In this document: one piece after another, positions 19,926-31,024 of the stretch
How positions within the stretch are numbered: the first letter of the stretch is position 1
Layout: each line of letters opens with the position of its first letter
IMG/VR virus record: IMGVR_UViG_3300021170_000010
Coordinates: 1-64,000 of that record
Origin: a virus
Length of the DNA: 64,000 bases
Strand: one strand, 5' to 3'
Made by a program: the position numbers and the translations under genes
The notes under the pieces: model-generated
Told to the model about the DNA's origin: nothing
The model's database searches: none
The model's input: only the letters and a program-made list of their open reading frames with translations

Positions 19926-20423
19926 GTGAAATGCTGCTTCGTTGACGTCGATGGAGTTCTCAATAACCCCGGCTGCTACTCGCGCGGCTTTAGCGGCAAC
20001 CGCGTACCCGCCGATCCGCGCTACGTGGCCGCGTTGAATCGGATCACGATGGCAACCGGAGCCGTCATCATCGTGAGCAGCACGTGGCGTCTCGCGGGTT
20101 TAATGTTCTGCCGCGAGAAGTTTCGCGAATGGGGCGTCGAAGCGCCGGTCATAGACGTCACCGCGAAACTCCATAATCAGCACGGCCAGATCACCGTCGC
20201 GCAGCCGCGCGGCCTGGAGATTGCAAAATGGCTCGAAGATAACGCGGAATACCGCGAAGTCGAGTCATTCGTGATCATCGATGACGACGGCGATATGGAG
20301 CCGAACATGGACCGGCTCGTTCTCTGCGCGGGCCACGTCGGCCTGACGATGGCAGACGCGGAGAAGGCCGTCGCGATCCTAAACAAGCCGGTCCGCACGA
20401 ATCGAATCGAGGTTATGCGATGA
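19926..20423 (+). CDS. HAD-superfamily phosphatase (HAD_SAK type)
   Basis: DVDGVLN, SSTWR, RG.EI..WL, FVIIDD. Confidence 0.85.
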   Translation: MKCCFVDVDGVLNNPGCYSRGFSGNRVPADPRYVAALNRITMATGAVIIVSSTWRLAGLMFCREKFREWGVEAPVIDVTAKLHNQHGQITVAQPRGLEIAKWLEDNAEYREVESFVIIDDDGDMEPNMDRLVLCAGHVGLTMADAEKAVAILNKPVRTNRIEVMR

Positions 20424-21929
20424 TAACGGTTGACGTGAATTTATCATCAATAATTCCGAAGTATAAACCGCGTTATGCGATCTTAAGAAACGCAACGAGG
20501 CGGCAAATTATCGAGTTTGCGCGTTCTCATCCGAACGTCTTCATATTCCCGTTCGTTACGGTTCCACGGGATAAGATCGCTACCGATCTGCCGGACTATC
20601 GGTGGCTTTCCAGAAAGGGAGATTCGGTACGCCATTATATAGCGCAACCGTTTTACGTCGGGAATCTAACTCCTATGGAATCGGCTATATGTCAACTCGT
20701 AGAAATAGCGCTCGGCCAACCACTATCTGAATGCGAAGAGGTATTACAGTGAATACCCCCAACGGCTTTACGATCCTTCCGGCTGATGAACCGGCACGCT
20801 GTTCACGTTGCCGGAAGACCTGCGGAGGTGATCTCCTGATCGTCGAATGGAATTCCGTCGAGTTCCGTTACTGCAAAAAGTGCGCGGCTTCGACGCCGAC
20901 GGAGGTGAAGGTTTGATCTCCCGTATCGAGATTTCATTTGCTCTCGAAGTCGAACTGACCGACGAAGAAAGCCGCTGGCTTCAAAAGTTTGCGGACCGCG
21001 TAGCGAAGCGCCACGAGCCGGAAGGATGGGTCCACTGGGCGTCGGGTTGCGGAAGTAAGCCGCTCTGGAGTCAGCGAGACGCGGCGTTCCTCGGCCACGA
21101 GGTTGATCCGAACGCGCCGGTATCCGGTGAGCCTTCGTGGGATTCAGGAACGTTCTTCATATCGACTTCGGCGCGTGAGGCGTATCCGGAAGAGATCGCG
21201 CGGAAGGCCGAGAAGCTAGCGGCAAAAGAAAAGCGGCATCGGTCGCTGAACTACCGCGTTCGACGGCTGATCTACAACGCGCTTCAGCGCTTGGCGGAGG
21301 CGGTCTAATGCCAACTTCAGTCGTACCGGTTATCCCCGGTATCGCGGAGATTGATGAAGTCGAGTGGGCGAAGACTCAACCGGAATACGAAACGCTTCCC
21401 GCGCTTACGTTTCGTGAGAATCCGCAGGTTCCGGTAACGAGCCGCTGGCGCTTCAGCGAATACGAGCGCAAGGCTATCGCGGACGGCGCGGACTTGTACC
21501 TGACCGCGCTTACGTTCGGCGGTCCGCTTCAGCCGGTCTGCCTCCAGGTCTTCTCCGCGTCGGAGGCATCCTGGAATCTTCCGCGACAGGGATTCGCTCC
21601 GCTGATACCGGAGATCAAGCCGGAGGAATAGAAATGACGGAATCCGTGATCAAGTGCCGCATCCTCGTCGGTAAGAACGGAACACGCGCGCAGGCTGCGG
21701 TGAATCAAGCTGCGGAGAGCTACGGCGCTGTCTTCGTCGAGCCGGATAAGTTCTTCTGCGATGACTGCCGGACGGAATATAGCGGATGCATCACGTCTAC
21801 GGGCGGAGACCTGAAGATCGTTTCCTGTTCGAACTGCTATGGCGACAACGTCTACCTGACGGCTCTCCGCATCAGCGTTCCTGAAGATTGGGAAGTGAGC
21901 GGCGGAGAAGATCCGAAGGCGGTGAAGGC

Positions 21930-23309
21930 GTGAGCGCTCCCGAAGTCGAACGCGGCCTGCCGGTTGACGTGATGGCTGAGCGCTTCGTTCTCGGCAGCAT
22001 CTTCCTAAATGAAGATCTCTACGTTCAGGCCGCAAGCGCGTTAGAAGCTGAATCGTTTTCCCTCGATTCTCACCGGAAGATCTGGAAGGCTATGGCCGCG
22101 CTCCAGGAACGGGATATGCTAATCGAGCGCGTAGCCGTCGCTAATGAACTATCGAAGCGCGGGGAACTCCAGGCCGTCGGTGGTATTACCGCACTCGTAG
22201 AGATGGACACCGGAATCCCGGCGCTGGCGTCGATAGAATCTTACATCCGCGTCGTTCAACAGAAGCACATACTGCGCCAGATCATATTCGCTTCGCAGCA
22301 CGCAATCAACCAAGCGCTTACGCAGGCGGAAGAACCTTCCGACATCCTTGCCTCTGCCGAAGAGACGTTCCTGCGGCTTTCTGAAGGCCAGATACGGAAC
22401 GGTCCTCAGTCTCCAGCGCAGATCATTCACGAGTACGAAGGCGGGATCAACGCTTTTCTCGATCCAAGTAAAGGACCGAAGGGAATCTCGACCGGCTTCA
22501 CGAAGTATGACGCCATGACGAACGGCTTGCGCGGCGGCGAGGTTACTATCGTAGCAGGACGACCGGGATCGGGGAAATCAAGTCTCGGCCTAAATATCGC
22601 CTCCTACGTAGCTCTTAAACTCCACAAGCCGGTCGCAATCTTCTCGCTGGAGATGTCGAAGGAATCCGTCCTGACGCGTATGCTATGCTCGTATGCCCGC
22701 GTGGACAGTTTCCGCTTCCGCGCCGGATACCTGAACCAGAACGAGCGAGCTAAACTCATGAATGCCTGCGGAGACCTTCTCGACGCTCCGATCCGTATAG
22801 ATGACTCTGCGGGGTTAACTCTAATGGACCTGCGCGCCAAGCTACGAAGGTTACGCGCGGAGAAGTTCGATTCGGCGCTCTGCATCGTGGATTATCTTCA
22901 ATTGATGGGAACGCACGGCAAGCAGGAGAATCGCAATCAGGCCGTTAGCGCGCTATCGCGCGGAATCAAGCTGCTGTCAAAAGAGATGGACGTGCCGATG
23001 ATGGTTCTCTCCCAGTTGAGCCGCGCGGTTGAGCAGCGCCAGGGCGATCATAGGCCGCAGCTTTCGGATCTTCGTGAGAGCGGGTCGATCGAGCAGGACG
23101 CGGACGTTGTGGGGTTCGTCTTCCGAGAAGAAATGTATGCGCGTGACCGCGAAGACCTGAAGGGACTCGCCGAATGGATCGTGGCGAAGCAGCGCGCGGG
23201 TCCGACGGGAACCGTCAATCTCATCTGGCTCGCAGCGCAGACGAAGTTCGAGAACCGTGCGGAAGACACTGGTGATATGCCGGAAGGCGAGTGGGAGGTT
23301 CCTGAATAA
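21930..23309 (+). CDS. dnaB: Replicative DNA helicase
   Basis: AGRPGSGKS, FSLEMS, IVDYLQL, LSQLSR, DLRESGSIEQDAD, KQR.GP. Confidence 0.97.
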   Translation: MSAPEVERGLPVDVMAERFVLGSIFLNEDLYVQAASALEAESFSLDSHRKIWKAMAALQERDMLIERVAVANELSKRGELQAVGGITALVEMDTGIPALASIESYIRVVQQKHILRQIIFASQHAINQALTQAEEPSDILASAEETFLRLSEGQIRNGPQSPAQIIHEYEGGINAFLDPSKGPKGISTGFTKYDAMTNGLRGGEVTIVAGRPGSGKSSLGLNIASYVALKLHKPVAIFSLEMSKESVLTRMLCSYARVDSFRFRAGYLNQNERAKLMNACGDLLDAPIRIDDSAGLTLMDLRAKLRRLRAEKFDSALCIVDYLQLMGTHGKQENRNQAVSALSRGIKLLSKEMDVPMMVLSQLSRAVEQRQGDHRPQLSDLRESGSIEQDADVVGFVFREEMYARDREDLKGLAEWIVAKQRAGPTGTVNLIWLAAQTKFENRAEDTGDMPEGEWEVPE

Positions 23310-23569
23310 TGGCTGAAGACCTGTTTGGACAAGAGCGCGAAGAAGAGGCGGCTCCGAGCATTCCGACTCCGTCTGGTATCCGCTCGATGTACGTTCACTT
23401 CGAGACGCGAGAGGATATGGAAGCCTTTTCTCGACTCGTCGGACAGAAGGTAGACCTGACTACGGAGGCTATCTGGTATCCGGAGCAGAAGGCCGTCTTC
23501 GGAAACGTAGCGATAGCGCGGCCTCGAATTGAGTCAGACGTAAACGAAGAAGCGGAGACAGGCGAGTGA
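23309..23569 (+). CDS. Small protein homologous to the N-domain of the following glycosyltransferase
   Basis: VHFETREDMEAFSRLVGQKV...WYPE vs VLFQNDADIESFERLIGYKV...WYPE. Confidence 0.7.
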   Translation: MAEDLFGQEREEEAAPSIPTPSGIRSMYVHFETREDMEAFSRLVGQKVDLTTEAIWYPEQKAVFGNVAIARPRIESDVNEEAETGE

Positions 23570-24819
23570 AGCAGGATTCACAATTCGCGCTCTTCGATAA
23601 AGGCGAATGGTGGGACGAATACTGGCGCGGAATGCCGGAGTTCATTCAGGAAGACCTTTCACCGTTCAAGACGATATCCGTACTCTTCCAGAACGACGCG
23701 GATATAGAATCCTTTGAGCGCCTTATTGGATACAAGGTAGATCGGGCTACAAGATATACGTCATCAACCTGGTATCCGGAGGCGGAAGAGGGGCGATATT
23801 CCGACAAACGCTACGCCAATGATTCCGAGGATCGTTCTCCGCGTTATCCGATATACGTAATATCTAAAGGGCGTTGGGAATCTAGATTAACATCAAAAGC
23901 GTTTGAGTCGATGGGTACGCCGTATCGTATCGTTGTAGAGCCTTCGGAATACAAGCAGTATGCCTTAGTAATTGATCCGGAGAAGATACTTACGCTACCG
24001 TCTGACTTTAGTAAGTTAGGAAAGGGGTCTATTCCTGTACGCAATTGGGTATGGGATCATGCGAGTGCTTCCGGCGTTTGTCGCCATTGGGTTTTGGATG
24101 ATAATTTAAACGGGTTTTATCGGCTAAACCGCAACCTAAAAGTACCAGTATCGGACGCTACTATATTTCGAACGGCAGAAGACTTCGTGGATCGTTTTGA
24201 CAACGTAGCAATATCTGGATTTCACTACTTTATGTTCGCTTCAAGAAAAACCAAACTACCGCCCTTCTACGCGAACCGTCGTATCTACTCCTGTATCCTA
24301 ATCAAGAATGACCTGCCCTATCGTTGGCGCGGGCGGTACAACGAGGACACCGATCTCTCGATCCGCGCGCTCAAAGACGGATGGTGTACCGTTCTCTTCA
24401 ACGCCTTTCTCACCTTAAAGTCTACGACGATGACGATGAAGGGCGGGAATACGGATGAGCTTTACAAAGGAGACGGGCGCCTGAAGATGGCGCAGTCGTT
24501 AGTTGAGCAGCATCCGGACGTGACTTCGATTACATGGAAATGGGGTCGGTGGCAGCATCACGTCGATTATTCTCCGTTCGAGAAAAATGAACTACGGCTT
24601 CGTTCCGGTATCGAGATTCCGGAAGGCGTTGATAATCACGGAATGTATCTGAAGATGCTTACGGAGCATGCCCAGGCCGTCCCCAATCCTTCGCAGGAAG
24701 TGATAGCCGCTCTGGAGCAGGAGCCGTGGATAGAGGAAGCGCAGTCTTTCGAATCGGTCGCGTCGCCGCTCGTGCCGCTTCCGGAAACGGGGTCTGGATT
24801 ACTCTTCGATTTATGGTAG
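23566..24819 (+). CDS. GREB1-like / TET-associated DNA glycosyltransferase (TAGT)
   Basis: YPIYVISKGR, VVEP.EY, RNW.W.H, HWVLDDN, IYSC.LI, WRGRYNEDTDL, MKGGNT. Confidence 0.8.
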   Translation: MKQDSQFALFDKGEWWDEYWRGMPEFIQEDLSPFKTISVLFQNDADIESFERLIGYKVDRATRYTSSTWYPEAEEGRYSDKRYANDSEDRSPRYPIYVISKGRWESRLTSKAFESMGTPYRIVVEPSEYKQYALVIDPEKILTLPSDFSKLGKGSIPVRNWVWDHASASGVCRHWVLDDNLNGFYRLNRNLKVPVSDATIFRTAEDFVDRFDNVAISGFHYFMFASRKTKLPPFYANRRIYSCILIKNDLPYRWRGRYNEDTDLSIRALKDGWCTVLFNAFLTLKSTTMTMKGGNTDELYKGDGRLKMAQSLVEQHPDVTSITWKWGRWQHHVDYSPFEKNELRLRSGIEIPEGVDNHGMYLKMLTEHAQAVPNPSQEVIAALEQEPWIEEAQSFESVASPLVPLPETGSGLLFDLW

Positions 24820-24851
24820 AAATGCGCGCCGTATCGTAGTATACTAACGCC

Positions 24852-24998
24852 ATGAGAAATCCTGTCGCGCAGGTCGTGTTAACGGAACCGACGCTCGAAG
24901 CGTTACGCAATCTCGCGCAAAAGAGCGGCCATACCGTATCGGGTCTGATCGCGTCTATCGTTAATGAATGGCTAAAGCGGAAGGAGCGGAAGAAATGA
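24852..24998 (+). CDS. Ribbon-helix-helix DNA-binding protein (absent from ORF track)
   Basis: MRNPVAQVVLTEPTLEALRNLAQKSGHTVSGLIASIVNEWL; TATACT 6 nt upstream. Confidence 0.65.
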   Translation: MRNPVAQVVLTEPTLEALRNLAQKSGHTVSGLIASIVNEWLKRKERKK

Positions 24999-25209
24999 CG
25001 CGTGCTAAACTTCTCTCCGATCTCGAATCCGCGCAGAATGAACTCCGCTCCTTTATGGGCGGAGTCGATCCTCATCGCGCGATAATTACTTCGAAGCGGA
25101 TTACGGAATTACGCCACGCTCTTCGCGACGGCTCCGTACTCGTAGAGCACTTCGCCGCGTCCGTCACCGGTCCGCTCGTTCCGCGTAAGCAGAAAGCAGG
25201 AAGGATAAA

Positions 25210-25650
25210 ATGAGCCAGGGCCAGCAATCCCTATTCGAGCCGTCGCTTCCTCCGGAACTATCCGGCGTCCATCTTTCCATCGCGTCGATCCTTCTCGACC
25301 GAAGGGGAAAGGGACTGACGAAGTCGAAGGACATCGCGAAGATGGTCGGCCTCAAGCACAGCTGCGACGCCGTCCACGTTCTGAACGAACTGATCGACGA
25401 CTTCCGGCTGCAGATCATCGCGGACCGCTCTGAAGGCGGAGGCGGCTACCGCTTCGCGGAATCCGACGAAGAGTTCTTCGAGCACCAGTACGCCGGACTC
25501 TCTCAGGCGCTGACGATGTTCAAGCGAATCCGATCCCGCGTCGGCGAAAGGCGCTTCCGGTCGATGCTGATCAAGCTCGGAATCCGGGACGTAGTTGATC
25601 TCGACGCGCTCACTACCGAGTCGAAGGACGGAAGGACGGTGGCTGCATGA
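25210..25650 (+). CDS. Putative winged-helix protein
   Basis: SKDIAK.VG......V...I..........I.A....GGGY. Confidence 0.5.
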   Translation: MSQGQQSLFEPSLPPELSGVHLSIASILLDRRGKGLTKSKDIAKMVGLKHSCDAVHVLNELIDDFRLQIIADRSEGGGGYRFAESDEEFFEHQYAGLSQALTMFKRIRSRVGERRFRSMLIKLGIRDVVDLDALTTESKDGRTVAA

Positions 25651-26108
25651 ACGACGACCTCTGGATTGAAGATCCTCCGGTAATGCCGAAGCCGCCGCGC
25701 GAGAAACTCCCGCCGTGGACCGCGCTTGAAGCGCTTCCGTGGAAAGAAATCATGAAGCTAACGGAGACCGCGAAATGACCGCGTCCGTTCCGCAACCGAT
25801 AAATCATCGCCCGCCGTCAAGCTGGAGAGAGATCGACCGGAAGCCTTGCAAGTACTGCGGCCAGAAGTTCCGGACGCGCGGCCTTCCGGTTCACGAGCGC
25901 AAGTGCTTCGGCCCTGAGACGGCTCCTGCGAACCACTGCCAGGAATGCGGAGTTCACGTTACGCCTGGATCGCGTGCCTGCTTCAAGTGCGAAATTAAAG
26001 ACGCGGACTTTCGCTTCGTGGAATGGGTCATCCGAGCAGGATTCGGAGACCGGAAGTGGAAGCGCGTACCGGCGGCAGTAATCGCAGAAGCGAGAAGGGC
26101 GGTAGCAA

Positions 26109-26522
26109 ATGTTTGATCTACCTCAGATCGGAGAAAGGATTCGCACGCAGGATAATCGCTTTACTGCCGATCCGATATTCCTCGTCCAGGAGCGGCATTG
26201 CTACTACGGCGTAGACGTGCAGTATGATCCTCCGATAGCGTGGCTTTACGAAGACGAATCGGTTGAGGTTGCGGAAGACCTAGCGAAATCTCTTGAAACC
26301 GCATACCAGCACGGTGAGAAAGAACCCGACGGATATTGCCGCGTCGGATATCATGAGACGTGGGAATTCGTCCAGCCGTTCTTCACGGAAGCCGCTGCCG
26401 AACTGTACATCAAGCAGAACGGCCATCGCCATCGCGGATCGCTCCGAACGTACGTCGATTGCGCGTTCCGAAATTACGAATGGCAGACCGTACGTAAGTA
26501 TCTGATGGAGCTTCCGGCATGA
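26109..26522 (+). CDS. Ead/Ea22-like phage protein
   Basis: IRTQDNR.TADP.F.VQ...WEFV..FFTE..A..YI..NGH. Confidence 0.65.
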   Translation: MFDLPQIGERIRTQDNRFTADPIFLVQERHCYYGVDVQYDPPIAWLYEDESVEVAEDLAKSLETAYQHGEKEPDGYCRVGYHETWEFVQPFFTEAAAELYIKQNGHRHRGSLRTYVDCAFRNYEWQTVRKYLMELPA

Positions 26523-26853
26523 CAGCCCAGGACCTTCTTCTCGCCAAGCATCTGATCACTTCCGCGCCGCGCCAGATCGTAGCGCTGCGGACTTCGCGTA
26601 CGGACGAAGACGAAGAATCTTTTCGGCAGGGGCTGATCTTCGGTCCGCTTGCTGTCCATACTTCCGTCGATCCGAAGCGCGGCTGGACCGTAACGCACAT
26701 CCGGACGCGTGCAGCGGTGAAGCGCGACCTATCTGAAGAGCAGGCTGTGCTTCTCGCCGAGAAGCTGAAAGACGCGGCGTGGGACTTTGATGATCCGAAG
26801 TTGGCCAAGAGGCTTTCCCCGGTCGTCAGTGCAGCGATTCAAATGGTGATGAA

Positions 26854-27090
26854 GTGAAGAAGATCGAAGCCGCTGCCTCCGCGCAGCAAATGACCGTCAC
26901 GGAGTTCCTCCGGGACTTCCTACGCGGACGAACGATACGGCAGGCTGCGGAGAGGATCGGCGTAGGCGAGTCTACGCTAAAGCAGGCGCTAAGACGTGCC
27001 GGAGTACGACAAGACGCAGCACAGAGCCGCGTAGCGCGAAGGCGCGGCCTTATAGCGGCATACCGAAAGAAGGAACTGAATGGGATCTGA
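26854..27090 (+). CDS. Small HTH protein
   Basis: TIRQAAERIGVGESTLKQAL. Confidence 0.65.
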   Translation: MKKIEAAASAQQMTVTEFLRDFLRGRTIRQAAERIGVGESTLKQALRRAGVRQDAAQSRVARRRGLIAAYRKKELNGI

Positions 27091-29675
27091 TCCGCAATCG
27101 TATCTTGACCATCTCCACGAAGCCGGAATGGTGGACGCGCATAAAGCCTTCGAGGATCTCTTCGGGGATCAGATGGTCGGCAAGAGCTTCCAGCAGAAGG
27201 TAGCGATGGCACGGCAAATCCTTGACGCGATGATCGAGGAGCGGAAGACGCTAGAAGCGGACCGCGACCGGTTCTTCGATACTATGCGCGCTATAGCCGT
27301 AGACGGACTCGGCCTAACTGATCCGTGGGAAGTCCCAGACGACGCACCTCCTCCGAAGGACTGGCAGGAATTCCCGCTCATGAGTCAAGCCGTCAAGAAA
27401 CTGCGCGACGAGCGCGACGAAGCTATCAAGAGTCAGAAGTTTACGCAGGAGTGGTACGGTTCCCGCTGGCAGCGGATGAGCGAATGGTTCCGTACTCCCG
27501 AGATGAAGGATACGAAGGCCGCGCACGACTGGTTCAGTATCGTAGCGAACGGCGGATTACTTGGCCCGGAAGAACCGCCAGTATCTTTCATGGCTCGGGT
27601 GAATATGACGCGCTTTGAGTGCGAACGGCTACGAAAAGAGAACAAGGCTCTAAAAGATGCCGTGGCTTCTGCGCTCAAGGATATCGACGAGGTACTAGCG
27701 TGAAATATGACTGCCGAGCGTGCGGTACCGTGCGACGAAGAACGTTCATGACTATCTGCGCGGGAAAGTGATGCTCGTGATTGATCCGCCGGAACCGCCG
27801 CCGAAGAGCACCAAGTCCGAGCGTCCGTGGGGAACCGTCGCGGGACTGCCGGAGGAAAAGTGACGGTCGATGACGTAATGCTATTCGGTAAGGTCTATCA
27901 AATGGCTGTGTCGCGCATGTACAACGAACTGCCGGTGCGCGTTACTCCGTGTAGCTGCGGAGCGGACGTCGATCAGCAGTGCTCGTTTAATGGACGGCGC
28001 GGAGTGGTTCCGCACGCGGATAGGAGGGATGCGGCTCAATGCTGGAAGAAAGAGAACTCGGCTGAATACGAAGAGCTAAAGCAGGGCCTAATCCGGTATC
28101 ACGTCGAATGCATCATCAGGGAGATCCGAGGAGTAGGGACGGCATGAGCACGACCGAAGAGTGGCTGAAGATTCGGGACGGTGACGTCCTCCGTATGCCG
28201 AGCGGACGGCTACGCGTAGCGCGGAAGGTTAGCTATTCCAAGAATAACCGTCAGGACGATATCAGGCGTATCCACGTCCACTTCACGATTGCCCATCCGT
28301 CATGGACCGGAAGGCCGTATACGGTCTATAACTGCGGCGAGCTTCGTGACCTCGGGTATGAGATCGTGGGAAAGCGCGTCCGGCTCTCTTCGCAGTTTGA
28401 CAAGCTGTTCGATGGTGATATCGGAATTCAGCCGCGAGACCAGCAGACGTTCTCACCGGCAGACGTAGCGGGGATCGGATGAGATCACGTTCTTGCTTCT
28501 GCTGCGGCGCTCCGTGGCGTAACGACTGCGTGCGCGGACCGTCCTGTTCCTGTGAATCGCTGAAGGATTGTCCGCTTTGCCGAAAGTGCCGCGTATGCTG
28601 CAGGTGCTCGCCGGAGAACCTTCTTGCGCAGGCGAATCGGTTCGAGAGTAGAGGGATGACCGCTATCGCAGAGCAGTATAGGATAAGGGCCGCCGCGCGT
28701 CAGGAGGTACTATGAGCGTAAAGATCGACTGGCGCTTGACGAAGGACGAGAAGTGGATTCTCGAAACGGATACCGGCATTAAAGTATCCGAAGTCTCCTG
28801 GAGCCTCGACGCGAATGCATACGTCGATGAATTTGGACGGCTGCTCTCAAAGACTTTCGAAGGCGCGAAGGAAGCCGTCGAGCATCGGTTGGCGGCAAGG
28901 GGGAAGAAGTGAATCTAGACGGAAAGAGTCCAAGGACTATGCGACACGACGGGAACGGAACGGTTCATTAACGCTTCGTGTCGCTGCTGTACGTATCAGG
29001 GGAATCTCGGACCGTGTAAAACGTATGAGAGAGGCGGTAACGGTAGATGCGTCTACTGTGACCATGATCTTTCCTGCCATCTAGATTTGGACCAAAAGCA
29101 CGTGATTATAAATCAAATTCTCTTAAGGGGTAAAAGGTGACGTCTCGGGAATCCCACCGGGACATCGAACGGCGGATGACGCTCCGTGCTCTGGGGCGTC
29201 CGGCTGGCCTAGATCGCGCCAGCGTCGAATACGGTCTATCCCGCGAGAAGCAGGCCGTCAGACGTGCCACGGCTGCCGTAGCGCGCAAAAAACAGGCTTT
29301 AGACGCTGCCGCGCTCGTTCTGGCCGAAAGAGAGCGCTGCGCGCGGATCGCGGACCAGTTCCCGAACCTGATGGCAGCGCACATCGCTAAACTGATACGG
29401 GGAGCGTAATCGTGGAATTCGATAATTCCGAAATCGCGCGCTTAATCGGTATGATCCGTGAAGCAGACCTAACGCTGCTTTACTTCTGCGAATGTGAATT
29501 GAGGGCATCACGTAGATGGGGATGCTGGTATGATCCTCTACCATTTACGCAGATTCGGCGGCAGGCGCGCGCTATCGCTCAATACCGCGATGAAGTACGC
29601 GAACAGCTATACCGGACGACTCCGCGAGCGTTGATCTCGATTGAAGAGGCGCGCGCGTTGGGATGGAAGTGGTAA

Positions 29676-30050
29676 ATGGGAAGACGTCACGGTAGAGCGG
29701 TAATGCCGTGGGGAAAGCATCGCGGAGTAGAGATCCGGCTCCTGCCGGAAGCGTACCTGTCATTCCTGGCCGGATGGCTGAACGATCCGGACCGGCGTGA
29801 GAAGTTCTGGTGGCTCCGGGAATCGCTGATCGCGGAGTTAACCTTTCGCGGCCTCGACGCGGAGCAGATCGACCGGCTGGAAGTACCGGAGGACTGGCGC
29901 GTCACGTGCGCGGTCTGCCATCAGAAGATTTCTCCAGGACGTGATGGCGCGGTCATCTCCCATTCATCTTATCCAGGCGGACCGGCCTGCGTGGGTTCTC
30001 CGAAGGATACCGGAATTCCGGAAGCCGGAGAGCGGATGATCGAACTATGA
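29676..30050 (+). CDS. DUF3820-like protein
   Basis: MPWGKHRG..I..LP..YL. Confidence 0.65.
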   Translation: MGRRHGRAVMPWGKHRGVEIRLLPEAYLSFLAGWLNDPDRREKFWWLRESLIAELTFRGLDAEQIDRLEVPEDWRVTCAVCHQKISPGRDGAVISHSSYPGGPACVGSPKDTGIPEAGERMIEL

Positions 30051-31024
30051 CGGGCGCAACGTTATTCTCCGGTATCCACGCTCCAGAATGCTCAACGCCA
30101 GAAATTGAATGGAAGTTCTGTGCGGAGATAGAGCCGTTTCCATCGGTAGTAGGCGCTTATCATCATCCATCAGTTCCAAATCTAGGTGACATCACTTCAT
30201 CTGATTTTATTGAGCGAGCAAAGGAAGCCTTAAATGGAACAACTCTCGATGTTCTCGTCTTCGGATCTCCCTGCCAAGGATTCTCAGTTGCAGGAAAGCG
30301 CCTCGGATTGGATGACCCGCGTTCTAACTTGGCGCTCCACGCCCTTAGAATTGTGCGGGCGCTTACTCCAGCCTGGTTCATCTTCGAGAACGTCCCTGGC
30401 TTGTTTTCCAATTGGTCTGGTGGCCCGCCAGATCCATCAAAAATGGATATTGAATCCGCAGGGGGAACCATCCTGCGAGATTTTATCGAATCAAGTGATT
30501 TCTCCACCTTCCTTCAATACGTTCAGGACATCGGGTATTTTGGAGCATGGACGATACTGGATGCTCAGTATGCCGGAGTGGCGCAACGGCGCGAGCGTCT
30601 GTTCTTTGTCGGACATTTTAGAGACTGGAGATATCCCGCAGCGGTATTACTTGAGCCAGAAAGCCTGTGCGGGAATCCTCCGACGCGCCAAAGCGCGAGA
30701 GAAAGAATTGCCCCTACTCTTGAAGGCCGCGCTGGAAGAAGTGGCTGCAATAACTTTGCCACCAGCGGAGGTCTAGTTGAGCAGAGTTTCGGCCTAGAAT
30801 TATCAAACCAAGGAAGCGGAGGAAACGTTGGATGGTTTGATGGGGATGGTCCTAGCCGAACCTTAGATACGAACGCCCCCCCCGGAATTGTCAAGAGAGA
30901 GAGAGAGAGAGAGACAATCGGCGCACTCTGCGCACGGGACAGCAAGACGGTAGGGAGTCAATTCGTCAACGAGGGAAAGGTGATCCCGGTATTGCGAAGA
31001 CGCTACGAGGACGATCAAATATGA
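30047..31024 (+). CDS. DNA cytosine-5 methyltransferase, N-terminal part (motifs I-VIII and TRD repeats)
   Basis: LFSGI, GSPCQ.FS.AG, ENVPG, Q.R.R.F. Confidence 0.9.
   Translation: MTGATLFSGIHAPECSTPEIEWKFCAEIEPFPSVVGAYHHPSVPNLGDITSSDFIERAKEALNGTTLDVLVFGSPCQGFSVAGKRLGLDDPRSNLALHALRIVRALTPAWFIFENVPGLFSNWSGGPPDPSKMDIESAGGTILRDFIESSDFSTFLQYVQDIGYFGAWTILDAQYAGVAQRRERLFFVGHFRDWRYPAAVLLEPESLCGNPPTRQSARERIAPTLEGRAGRSGCNNFATSGGLVEQSFGLELSNQGSGGNVGWFDGDGPSRTLDTNAPPGIVKRERERETIGALCARDSKTVGSQFVNEGKVIPVLRRRYEDDQI
30234..30776 (+). CDS. Alternative-frame methyltransferase beta-type polypeptide (M.EcoHK31I beta-like)
   Basis: SLSDILE......YYLS.KAC.GILRRA; nested out of frame within the MTase. Confidence 0.7.
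   Translation: MEQLSMFSSSDLPAKDSQLQESASDWMTRVLTWRSTPLELCGRLLQPGSSSRTSLACFPIGLVARQIHQKWILNPQGEPSCEILSNQVISPPSFNTFRTSGILEHGRYWMLSMPEWRNGASVCSLSDILETGDIPQRYYLSQKACAGILRRAKAREKELPLLLKAALEEVAAITLPPAEV
30895..30914 (+). repeat. (GA)10 microsatellite, with C8 (30876-30883) and G8 (31078-31085) tracts nearby
   Basis: Read directly from the sequence. Confidence 0.95.
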
